Shown piece by piece: positions 27,545 through 34,861 of a stretch of 64,000 nt of DNA. This DNA comes from Vulcanimicrobiota bacterium (GTDB taxonomy: Bacteria > Vulcanimicrobiota > Vulcanimicrobiia > Vulcanimicrobiales > Vulcanimicrobiaceae), in NCBI GenBank assembly GCA_003140835.1, contig PLLA01000119.1, positions 167,987 through 231,986 on the forward strand. The letters run 5' to 3'. Numbering within the stretch: the first letter of the stretch is position 1; each line of letters opens with the position of its first letter. Below the pieces are notes generated by a model that saw only the letters and a list, made by a program, of their open reading frames with translations, made no database searches and had not been told where the DNA came from. Position numbers and translations under genes: made by a program.

Positions 27545-28297
27545 TTACAGGGAAGCGTCGATTTTATTCGCCCGATAGCCTTCCATTTCGAGAAGCCGAG
27601 CCTTCATGTCGACACCGTAGTAGTAGTCGTGCAAAGCACCGGAGGAATCCACAACGCGGTGGCACGGAAAAAGCAGTGGCAGCGGATTACGCGCCATGAC
27701 GCGTCCGACGGCGCGGGCCGCACGCGGGCGGCCGATTTGCATCGCGATCCACGAATACGACCGCACTTCGCCGGGTGGGATTTGCGCCGTCGCGCGCAGC
27801 GCTGCTTGCTCGAACGGTGTTAAGTCGCTGATGTCGACCATGGCGTCTTCCACCTTCCAGGTATGAAAGAAGCGATCGAGCGTCTCGCGTAACCAGGCGG
27901 GGGCGTCGCCGGCGACGACCGGGCGCCGCAAGCGCCGTTCCACGCGCTCGCGAACGGCTTCGAGCGAATCGCCAGTATCGATCCCGATGTACGCGATGCG
28001 GTTTTCCTTGAATCCGACGTGCACTCGCCCGATCGGAGTGTCGGCGGCGCAGAGCAAAATCGGCGTGCGGTTCTTCAGCTTGAGGGTGGCGATGTGTTCG
28101 ACGACTTTCTTGGTAAGATCGCACGACGGCTGCGGCTGCGGCAGGCACGAGAGGCAATAGGCGACGCCCTCGAATTCTTCGTAGAGCTCTTGGCAGGGCG
28201 GACATGCCAGCAGATGCGTGTGAACGGTTTCTCTGAGCGACTTCTGACAGTCGCCGCGGATCTCGTCCCACATAGCCTCGACGTCACGACAGCGCAT
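27545..28297 (-). CDS. zinc-binding anti-sigma (ZAS, zf-HC2) domain fused to methylated-DNA--protein-cysteine methyltransferase (MGMT/Ogt)
   Basis: ATG 28297 preceded by GAAGGAG. N-terminus MRCRDVEAMW...HTHLLACPPC carries Hx3Cx2C. C-terminus TPFEQAALRATAQIPPGEVRSYSWIAMQIGRPRAARAVGRVMARNPLPLLFPCHRVV...LLEMEGY is a canonical AGT domain with the PCHRV active site. No TM segment. Confidence 0.8.
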   Translation of the reverse strand: MRCRDVEAMWDEIRGDCQKSLRETVHTHLLACPPCQELYEEFEGVAYCLSCLPQPQPSCDLTKKVVEHIATLKLKNRTPILLCAADTPIGRVHVGFKENRIAYIGIDTGDSLEAVRERVERRLRRPVVAGDAPAWLRETLDRFFHTWKVEDAMVDISDLTPFEQAALRATAQIPPGEVRSYSWIAMQIGRPRAARAVGRVMARNPLPLLFPCHRVVDSSGALHDYYYGVDMKARLLEMEGYRANKIDASL

Positions 28298-28955
28298 GCA
28301 AGGGTGCTCCTTCGGGGGTGAATCGTCCAATTTGAGGGCCGAGAATGCGCCGCAAAATGCGGACCGCTCGATGCACGTGCGATTTCACGGTGCCGATGGG
28401 CTGATGCAGGATCTCGGCAATTTCCGGATGGCTGCGGCCTTCGATAAACCGCAACGTGGCGGCGGCGCGTAGATGCATCGGCAACTGCATGAGCGCTCGT
28501 TCGACCAAGGCCACCTCGGTGTTTCGCTCGACGATTGTTTCGGGCTGGGGTGGACCCTCGTTGGATTCGCGTAGCAGGGCGTCGGGATCGGCGAGGGCGT
28601 CGAGGGCCACGTTGGAAGGCCGCTTACTCCGGAGCCGGTTCCTGGTGACGTTCAGGGTGATCGTATACAGCCAGGGTTGCAACCGCAACTCCGAGCGCTG
28701 CTCCGGTGACATCTTCCCGAGCGCGCGATACGCGCGCACGAACGCATCTTGCACGATCTCCTCGGCATCCTCGCGGTTGCCGGTCATGCGCAAGGCGAAA
28801 CCGTAGAGGCGACGCTGATAGTCGTCGACGATCCGCTCGAATCGCTCGATGCTCGGAACGGACGGAGCCGGCAGCCGAGCGGCCGCGGACTTCCCCGTCG
28901 GAACCGCTGAAGGCACGTGTACTCCCCGCAGGAGCGGTGCCGCAAGCGCACTCAT
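28284..28955 (-). CDS. RNA polymerase ECF-type sigma-70 family factor
   Basis: Region 2 YQRRLYGFALRMTGNREDAEEIVQDAFVRAYRAL and region 4 LRFIEGRSHPEIAEILHQPIGTVKSHVHRA. The 3' end overlaps the anti-sigma start by 14 nt. Confidence 0.85.
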   Translation of the reverse strand: MSALAAPLLRGVHVPSAVPTGKSAAARLPAPSVPSIERFERIVDDYQRRLYGFALRMTGNREDAEEIVQDAFVRAYRALGKMSPEQRSELRLQPWLYTITLNVTRNRLRSKRPSNVALDALADPDALLRESNEGPPQPETIVERNTEVALVERALMQLPMHLRAAATLRFIEGRSHPEIAEILHQPIGTVKSHVHRAVRILRRILGPQIGRFTPEGAPLHALS

Positions 28956-29109
28956 ACAGGTGCTCGGACCACCGCCGCCTGCCGCCTGGTTTCACATGCG
29001 CCTCGAAAACTCCTGAGAACCTGCCCGAGCAACCTCAAGGAAGATGCCGTTCCACCTCCAAAGGTGGTCCCATGACGCTGTCTCCGGCCGGCCGTCTCGA
29101 ACGAACTCA

Positions 29110-29146
29110 GAACCGCTTCCGCCTGCAACGACGAAGCGGTTTTTTA
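29110..29146 (+). terminator. Rho-independent-terminator-like hairpin in the 5' region of the 29218 ORF
   Basis: AACCGCTTC (29110-29118), a 13-nt loop, GAAGCGGTT (29132-29140), then TTTTAATT. There is no plus-strand CDS upstream. Confidence 0.5.
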
Positions 29147-29217
29147 ATTCGTTGAGTCGCACAAGCGGCGGCCGGGAGACGCGCAGGTTTCTAGGCTGAA
29201 AGAGAGGCGAGCCATCT

Positions 29218-29610
29218 ATGGGACTTACCATCGAACCGACGGAGATCTCGTTCGACGCGTATACGATGTGCAGTTTTCTTCCGAACCTCGACTCGACCCG
29301 CGCGATACCGCTAGTGCTCATCGGATACCGTCAAAACGAAGACCCTTGGTTCGTTTGGCTCGTTCCTAAGGAGGGCGTTACTCCCGAAGGCTTGACCGAC
29401 GATCCGTACTATGCGAAAGTCCTGCGCGATCCGTTAGCGTATTTTCGCAAAAAGCTCGGCAAGTACGTCGAAGAAACGGGCTGCGTTAAACGCGCAATCG
29501 AGATGCTCATCGACTGCCACCAGAATCATCTCGCGTTTACGGCGCTTACCGAGTTGGGAGAGACGCCCTTCCGCCATCCGTTGCAAGTGGAGTTGGTTGG
29601 GGCGTTTTAA
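29218..29610 (+). CDS. hypothetical protein
   Basis: 130-aa ORF with ATG preceded by AGAGAGG. Protein-like composition, visibly more A/T in third positions than neighbouring genes. No family recognised. Confidence 0.55.
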   Translation: MGLTIEPTEISFDAYTMCSFLPNLDSTRAIPLVLIGYRQNEDPWFVWLVPKEGVTPEGLTDDPYYAKVLRDPLAYFRKKLGKYVEETGCVKRAIEMLIDCHQNHLAFTALTELGETPFRHPLQVELVGAF

Positions 29611-30373
29611 GCGCGTGGGCGTTCGCTGGAACCGGCGTGCCGCGCGTGGCCGAAGCGCGTATGGAGCGGCGGTAGACGATTCGCAGCGGTAACGTTTCGG
29701 AGCCGTCGTGAAGTTGCGCGACGATGGTCAGCGTCGCGTCGAGTGAGACCAGCATGGCGTCGTCGAGCGAGTAGTAGGCGATACCGTCCATGCGCATGTG
29801 CCCCGACATGGTCGCGTTGGCGCGGGCCGGCATCGGTGCGCTCATAGGGCCGTCGGCTTCAAACCTGACGGCGACGGCGGGGCGCCCACCGATTTTGCCG
29901 CTCGTCCCCGGTCGCAGAAATCCGCGCAGGACCGCCTGCCCGCCGAGCGGCGACGTCGCACTAAACGGGACGGGTCCGTGAAGATTGCGCAAATCGCGTA
30001 TCGTGACGACGTCGAGTTGAACGGCAAACGGTTGGTTGAGGACGGTCAAGAAATCCGGATCCTCGTCGATTCGATCCTCGAACGTTCCGTTGGGGAGCAG
30101 CTCCTGCACGAAGCGAGCGTTGACGTGGGTATTACCGTCGGCGGCGTTGCGCGCGTAGCGAGCCTGCGCGTCGTAACGAGTGCGATCGCCCTGATGCTCG
30201 ACGGTAAGACGCTGCTTCCCGGCATAGGCTACGCGGGAAACGACGCCCGCCGATCCGACGCGATACACATCTTCACCGCTGACGTCGTACTGTTGGTCCG
30301 CGAACGCGGGACGCACCGTGATGAACAGCGCGGCGATCAGATAGCCGGCTATCGTTATTCGGGGAAGTGAAAT
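29546..30373 (-). CDS. hypothetical secreted protein (probable ATT start)
   Basis: The track ORF starts at GTG 30316, but the in-frame upstream codons encode SLPRITIAGYLIAALFITVRPAFA, a complete signal peptide. ATT at complement 30371-30373 lies 6 nt after GGAG. Confidence 0.6.
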   Translation of the reverse strand: MSLPRITIAGYLIAALFITVRPAFADQQYDVSGEDVYRVGSAGVVSRVAYAGKQRLTVEHQGDRTRYDAQARYARNAADGNTHVNARFVQELLPNGTFEDRIDEDPDFLTVLNQPFAVQLDVVTIRDLRNLHGPVPFSATSPLGGQAVLRGFLRPGTSGKIGGRPAVAVRFEADGPMSAPMPARANATMSGHMRMDGIAYYSLDDAMLVSLDATLTIVAQLHDGSETLPLRIVYRRSIRASATRGTPVPANAHALKTPQPTPLATDGGRASLPTR

Positions 30374-30478
30374 CGTGCGCTCCGTTTCGATTTGGGCCGT
30401 TTCTCTTACACTATCACCCGCTGCAAGAGTGCCGCCCGGCTACCGTTGGGTTGCCGTCGGTATCCCCAGGACTTCCCT

Positions 30479-30802
30479 TTAGCGAAGTGTGCCGGCGTGC
30501 CGGCGCCGCCTGACGTAGAATCGCACGGCGGCAGTGCCGCCACATACCACGACGGCGTCGGCATCGGCGAAGCTCCGGCCATCGATATCGACGGTGAAGT
30601 CGCCTTGGGCGAGCCCCGAGAGCGTGCGATGCATGCTGCGGAGAAACTTGTCCGCAGGAGCGCGCGTTCCGATCGCTTCGCGCACGGCCAGCGCGAGCAG
30701 CTCCCGTACGCGCAGCGGCGTTGCGAGCGCGAAGGCGCCCGAGCCGTCGGCGGCGACGGCGTGGAGTTCGACCGGTACCCGCACGCGAATCACACACGAC
30801 AT
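30479..30802 (-). CDS. hypothetical protein
   Basis: Start taken at the internal ATG (MSCVIRVRVPVELHAV...). The upstream part of the track ORF is Ser/Thr/Pro-rich and unlikely to be real. The plus-strand alternative here is a Ser/Arg shadow. Confidence 0.45.
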   Translation of the reverse strand: MSCVIRVRVPVELHAVAADGSGAFALATPLRVRELLALAVREAIGTRAPADKFLRSMHRTLSGLAQGDFTVDIDGRSFADADAVVVCGGTAAVRFYVRRRRHAGTLR

Positions 30803-30851
30803 TTTCTGCTGCTTCGAGGAGCTGCCTGCCGGCGGGGATAACCGTAGAGGC

Positions 30852-31250
30852 GTGTCCCAATTCGGGAATGTGCCGGCCGACGTGCTGGTGGGTACCGTCG
30901 AGAAGCTCGTCGCCAAAATGGACGAGACCGACCTCGCCACCGTCTACGAGCGCGACCTGTCCGCCATGCCGGCCGACGCGTTCGGCGCCTTCGTCGAAGC
31001 CATGTTCGACGCGTTTCGCGAACGTGGCGAGTCTTCCGAAGACGCGGTTGAAGGCGCGGGAACGACGCTAGAAGGAATCGCGCAGCGTGACGGCGCTGCC
31101 GTCAATGCTCTCCTCGAATACGCGCGCACCAATCCCGGCCTTTTGAAGGAGGCGACCACTCTCTTCGTCGAGCAACGCCCCGATCTCGTCGGATCGCTTC
31201 CGGCGATGCTGTACGGCGCTATCGCCGAGCGGTTGTCACCCGTCACGTGA
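30852..31250 (+). CDS. hypothetical acidic protein
   Basis: The 3' third of track ORF 30534-31250 has protein-like composition (VGTVEKLVAKMDETDLATVYERDL...). The start is uncertain (GTG 30852 or 30870). Confidence 0.5.
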   Translation: MSQFGNVPADVLVGTVEKLVAKMDETDLATVYERDLSAMPADAFGAFVEAMFDAFRERGESSEDAVEGAGTTLEGIAQRDGAAVNALLEYARTNPGLLKEATTLFVEQRPDLVGSLPAMLYGAIAERLSPVT

Positions 31251-32005
31251 GCGGCGCTCCGCGTCGTCGGCGCTCCGACGACGATTCGGGAGGGGGCGGA
31301 GGCCTGCCGTTGCTTCCGCTGATCGTGATCGTCGTTTTTGCCGGGCTGTTGCTCGGTGGTCTACTGGCGCACTTTTTTGGAGGCTCGGCGAACTCGCCGA
31401 AAGCGCCGTCGAACGGGTCAACCACAGTAGCTGGTGCGTCGCCGACGCCGTCTGCGGTCGTGACGCCGCCGCACGCGTCACCATCGCCGCCCAGCCGGGC
31501 CGTGCCGTCGCTCAAGAAACCGGCATCGCCAACGCCGTTGCCGTCGGTGACGGCGAGCGCCGCGGCTTCGCCAAAAGCGTCAGTTGCGCCGTCTGCGTCG
31601 CCCTCAATAAAGCCGAAACCAACGGTTTCGCCGGTTGCGACGGCGCGTGCAGTCGCCGCCGTCGTTACGGCGACGCCGGCCCGCGCGTCGGCGACGACAC
31701 CGGTTCCAAACTACGTTGCCGCCGGTCCGGATCACGCCGCCGGGATCGTTCGCTCGTATCTCGGCGCGTTGGCGCGCGGCGATCGCGCAACCGCGACCTC
31801 GTATTTAGCGAGCGGTCTTCCCGGCGAAGCGTTCATGGACTCGAACGCCCGCGTCGTTTCGGTTCGGCCGAGCGCCGCCGGCAGCCAGTACCGAGTAACC
31901 GCCGACGTTCAAGCGTCAAGCGGCGAATACGTCATTACGTTCGTGCTGCAGCCCGGCCCGGGCGGATTGCAGATCATCGACCACTATTCTATAAAGACTC
32001 AATAA
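31247..32005 (+). CDS. membrane-anchored protein with a Pro/Ser/Ala-rich linker and a small C-terminal globular domain
   Basis: GTGA overlap with the upstream ORF. TM helix LPLLPLIVIVVFAGLLLGGLLAHFF and a long PSA-rich spacer. No family recognised. Confidence 0.6.
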   Translation: MSGAPRRRRSDDDSGGGGGLPLLPLIVIVVFAGLLLGGLLAHFFGGSANSPKAPSNGSTTVAGASPTPSAVVTPPHASPSPPSRAVPSLKKPASPTPLPSVTASAAASPKASVAPSASPSIKPKPTVSPVATARAVAAVVTATPARASATTPVPNYVAAGPDHAAGIVRSYLGALARGDRATATSYLASGLPGEAFMDSNARVVSVRPSAAGSQYRVTADVQASSGEYVITFVLQPGPGGLQIIDHYSIKTQ

Positions 32006-32007
32006 GA

Positions 32008-33636
32008 TCAGACTTCGGCTCCGAGGCCGGTGGTAGCGCGAACCTGCAACTGATCGAACATTTGCTCTGACGAGCGATCGGGAGCGACCAGCGTTCCGAC
32101 GATCGCGCCCAGTAGCCCGATTGGAATGGAAATCAAGCCGGGATTGTCGAGCGGAAAAATTGCGTGGGAGCCCATCGCGACCGGGCTAATAGCAATGAGC
32201 GCGAGCGACGAAACCAAACCCGAAACCATGCCGGCGATAGCACCGCCGCGCGAGAATCGGCGCCACCACAGCGACAGCAGGATAACCGGAACGTTGGCAC
32301 TGGCGGCAACGGCAAATGCCAACCCCACGAGAAAGGCAACGTTGAAGCCCCGCAATACGACCGACAGCGCGATCGAAAGCGCGCCGACGATGATGGCGGT
32401 CGCGCGCGCGACGAAGAGCTGTTCGGTTTCGTCACCTTTGCCGTTCCGAATCAAATTAAACCAAATGTCGTGTGCGAACGTCGACGACGCGGTGATCGTT
32501 AAACCCGCCACGACCGCGAGAATGGTTGCAAAGGCCACGGCCGCGACGAATGCCGTGAGTAGTGGCCCGCCGAGGTTTCCCGCCAGCAGCGGAGCGGCGA
32601 GGTTGTTGTTGGCGACCGGAACGATGTACCCGTCGTGGGCGAGTTGGTTGTCGAGCTTCTGCTGCTCTTCGGGATGGTGCGCGATGTATTGTATCGCCTG
32701 GCCGGCATACATCCGTTTGCCGATGTGTTCTTGTCCGACGATCGTAGCTGCGCCCAGGCCCATGAACGACGTGGTCAGATAGAACGCGCCGACCAACACC
32801 ATCGCCCAGGCAACCGAGATGCGAGCCGCTTTCGCCGACGGAACCGTAAAGAAGCGCATGAGAATGTGCGGCAGACCGGCGGTGCCAAGCACCAGGGCGA
32901 GGCCGAGCGAGATGAGGTTCCAGGCGCCTAACGGACCGTGATAGAGCAAGCCCGGTTGCAAGAGGTTTGTCGCGTTGCCTAAAACCGGAACCTTGGTTGC
33001 CGCATTCAAGAACGCGCCAAGCGAGAAGTTGTAGTGAGCGAGAACCAGCAGCGTGAGCAGGAATGCCGTAGCTAGCAACAGGGCCGCTTTGATGATCTGC
33101 ACCCACGTCGTCGCGAGCATCCCTCCGAACAATACGTAGACGAGCATCAAGACGCCGACGGCGCCGATGGCTACGTAGTCGGGGAACTGCGGAAGCAGCA
33201 GGTTCACGACCAGGCCGCTGCCGACCATTTGCGCGATCATATAAAAGAGGGTGATCGCGAGGGTCGAAACCGCGGCGATTGCGCGTACGCCTCGTCCGCG
33301 CAAGCGGAACGAAATAAGATCGGCCATCGTATACTTGCCGGTGTTCCGCAATTGTTCCGCGACCAAGAACAGCACCGCGAGATACGCGACCAGCCACCCG
33401 ACCGAATACATGAAGCCGTCGAAACCGTAGAAGGCAACGAGTCCGGTAATGCCAAGAAACGATGCCGCCGACATGTAGTCGCCGGCGATGGCCCAACCAT
33501 TTTGCAAGCCGCCGATGCGCCGGTGCGCGGTGTAGAATCCCCGGCTCGTGGTACTTTGCCCCGACGCCCAATACGTCACCACGAGCGTAATGCCCACGAA
33601 GACCCCGAACATGATCAGCGACGGTTGGGCGTTCAT
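32008..33636 (-). CDS. actP: cation/acetate symporter (sodium:solute symporter family)
   Basis: Start at ATG 33636 (MNAQPSLIMFGVFVGITLVVTYWAS...). SSF-family multi-TM body, and ATGA overlap with the upstream DUF485 gene, which is the classic yjcH-actP pairing. Confidence 0.9.
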   Translation of the reverse strand: MNAQPSLIMFGVFVGITLVVTYWASGQSTTSRGFYTAHRRIGGLQNGWAIAGDYMSAASFLGITGLVAFYGFDGFMYSVGWLVAYLAVLFLVAEQLRNTGKYTMADLISFRLRGRGVRAIAAVSTLAITLFYMIAQMVGSGLVVNLLLPQFPDYVAIGAVGVLMLVYVLFGGMLATTWVQIIKAALLLATAFLLTLLVLAHYNFSLGAFLNAATKVPVLGNATNLLQPGLLYHGPLGAWNLISLGLALVLGTAGLPHILMRFFTVPSAKAARISVAWAMVLVGAFYLTTSFMGLGAATIVGQEHIGKRMYAGQAIQYIAHHPEEQQKLDNQLAHDGYIVPVANNNLAAPLLAGNLGGPLLTAFVAAVAFATILAVVAGLTITASSTFAHDIWFNLIRNGKGDETEQLFVARATAIIVGALSIALSVVLRGFNVAFLVGLAFAVAASANVPVILLSLWWRRFSRGGAIAGMVSGLVSSLALIAISPVAMGSHAIFPLDNPGLISIPIGLLGAIVGTLVAPDRSSEQMFDQLQVRATTGLGAEV

Positions 33637-33968
33637 CCCTTGATCTCGTGCGTTTCGCGGTGGCGAATGCGGGCGGCGTCGAGATCGAAGCGGCGAGCGC
33701 GCCAGAGATAAGCCGCCATCAGAATCCAGGCCATGGGAAATTGCGACAGGGCGAAGCAGTACGCCAGCGTGAGCGGACCGAGCACCGCTCGACTCATGAA
33801 CTGCGGCGCGAAGCCCACCGATACCGGGAGCGCCAGATAGTAGACAATAAAGAAGAGCGTCGCCGGAATGACGAACCGGCGCCGGGCTGCGACGAGTTCG
33901 CGAAACTCGGGCTCGGCCGCTAGGGCATTCCATTCCTCCGGGGCGATCTGACGGTGCTGCACGAGCAC
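33633..33968 (-). CDS. DUF485 (YjcH-like) inner-membrane protein
   Basis: 111 aa with two TM helices, immediately upstream of and overlapping actP. Confidence 0.8.
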   Translation of the reverse strand: MLVQHRQIAPEEWNALAAEPEFRELVAARRRFVIPATLFFIVYYLALPVSVGFAPQFMSRAVLGPLTLAYCFALSQFPMAWILMAAYLWRARRFDLDAARIRHRETHEIKG

Positions 33969-34008
33969 GAAGTTTTCTGCCCGGCCGCGCCCACCTGTTT
34001 GGGTGCTC

Positions 34009-34311
34009 TTAGATTCCCAAAAACCGCCGGACGTCGGCTCCGATCAACTCCTCGATTGCAAGGCCGGTGACGAACACCGCGCTGGCGACGATCGATAGCG
34101 TGGGCATCCCGGGGTCGCTCGGGTAGGGAACGGTGACGACCACCAGCCATAACGCGACCACAAATAGGGGCAAAGCAATCGCCGCACGCACGATCCACAT
34201 CCACCAGGGCCGCAGGCTGCGCCGCGCTTTGACGACGGTCATTCCGGCAAATGCAATCGAGATCGCGCCGATGAGCCGTGCGATGGCGTCGAGAATCGCC
34301 GGCGGCGTCAT
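34009..34311 (-). CDS. hypothetical small membrane protein
   Basis: ATG 34311 overlaps the sufU stop (ATGA). Three predicted TM segments. No family recognised. Confidence 0.5.
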   Translation of the reverse strand: MTPPAILDAIARLIGAISIAFAGMTVVKARRSLRPWWMWIVRAAIALPLFVVALWLVVVTVPYPSDPGMPTLSIVASAVFVTGLAIEELIGADVRRFLGI

Positions 34312-34697
34312 TCCTCGTCGGGCCAGGACGCGAGCCGCCCGATCGCGGCGCTCTTGAGCACTCTCAACCCGAGCATGGCGCATTTCATTCGCGTCGGACT
34401 GATGCCGATTCCGACGTTTTCCAAAACCGCGTCCTTCGAGAGCTTGGCGACGTCTTCGAGTTTCATGCCCTTAATCGTCTCGGTGAGCATCGATGCCGAG
34501 GCTTGACTGATCGCGCAGCCTTTTCCGAAAAACTTGACGTCGCGCACGACGCCTCCCTCGACGTTGAGCTCCATGCGAATGGTGTCGCCGCACAGCGGAT
34601 TGAGATCTTCCGCCTCTACGTCCGGCTTCTCCAGATGCCCGAAATTGCGCGGATTCCGATAGTGATCGAGAATATAATCGCGATAAAAGTCGTCCAT
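34308..34697 (-). CDS. sufU: SUF-system Fe-S cluster scaffold/sulfur acceptor SufU (NifU/IscU N-terminal family)
   Basis: ILDHYRNPRNFG, NPLCGD, GKGCAIS and RMKCAML, the conserved Cys triad of SufU. Confidence 0.85.
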   Translation of the reverse strand: MDDFYRDYILDHYRNPRNFGHLEKPDVEAEDLNPLCGDTIRMELNVEGGVVRDVKFFGKGCAISQASASMLTETIKGMKLEDVAKLSKDAVLENVGIGISPTRMKCAMLGLRVLKSAAIGRLASWPDEE

Positions 34698-34861
34698 TTT
34701 AAAAGGCGCTCTGGCCCAGCCTCCGCGCCCCCCATGCGCGGGGCCCCCAAACCATGGGGCGCTTAAACGTTTCGGCTTTGACGCTTTCCCCAGGGGCGCC
34801 CCAAACGAACCGGTCGGCGAGAGCTATCGTGCATCGGGACTTCGTCGAGTTCACGCTGGGT

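Noticed and set aside
29119-29131. CCGCCTG in the terminator loop, reminiscent of the ZTP (pfl) riboswitch 3' motif.
   Set aside because: The rest of the ZTP consensus (the GGGTCGTGACTGGCG-type 5' domain and the CCGCCTGGGCA context) is absent.
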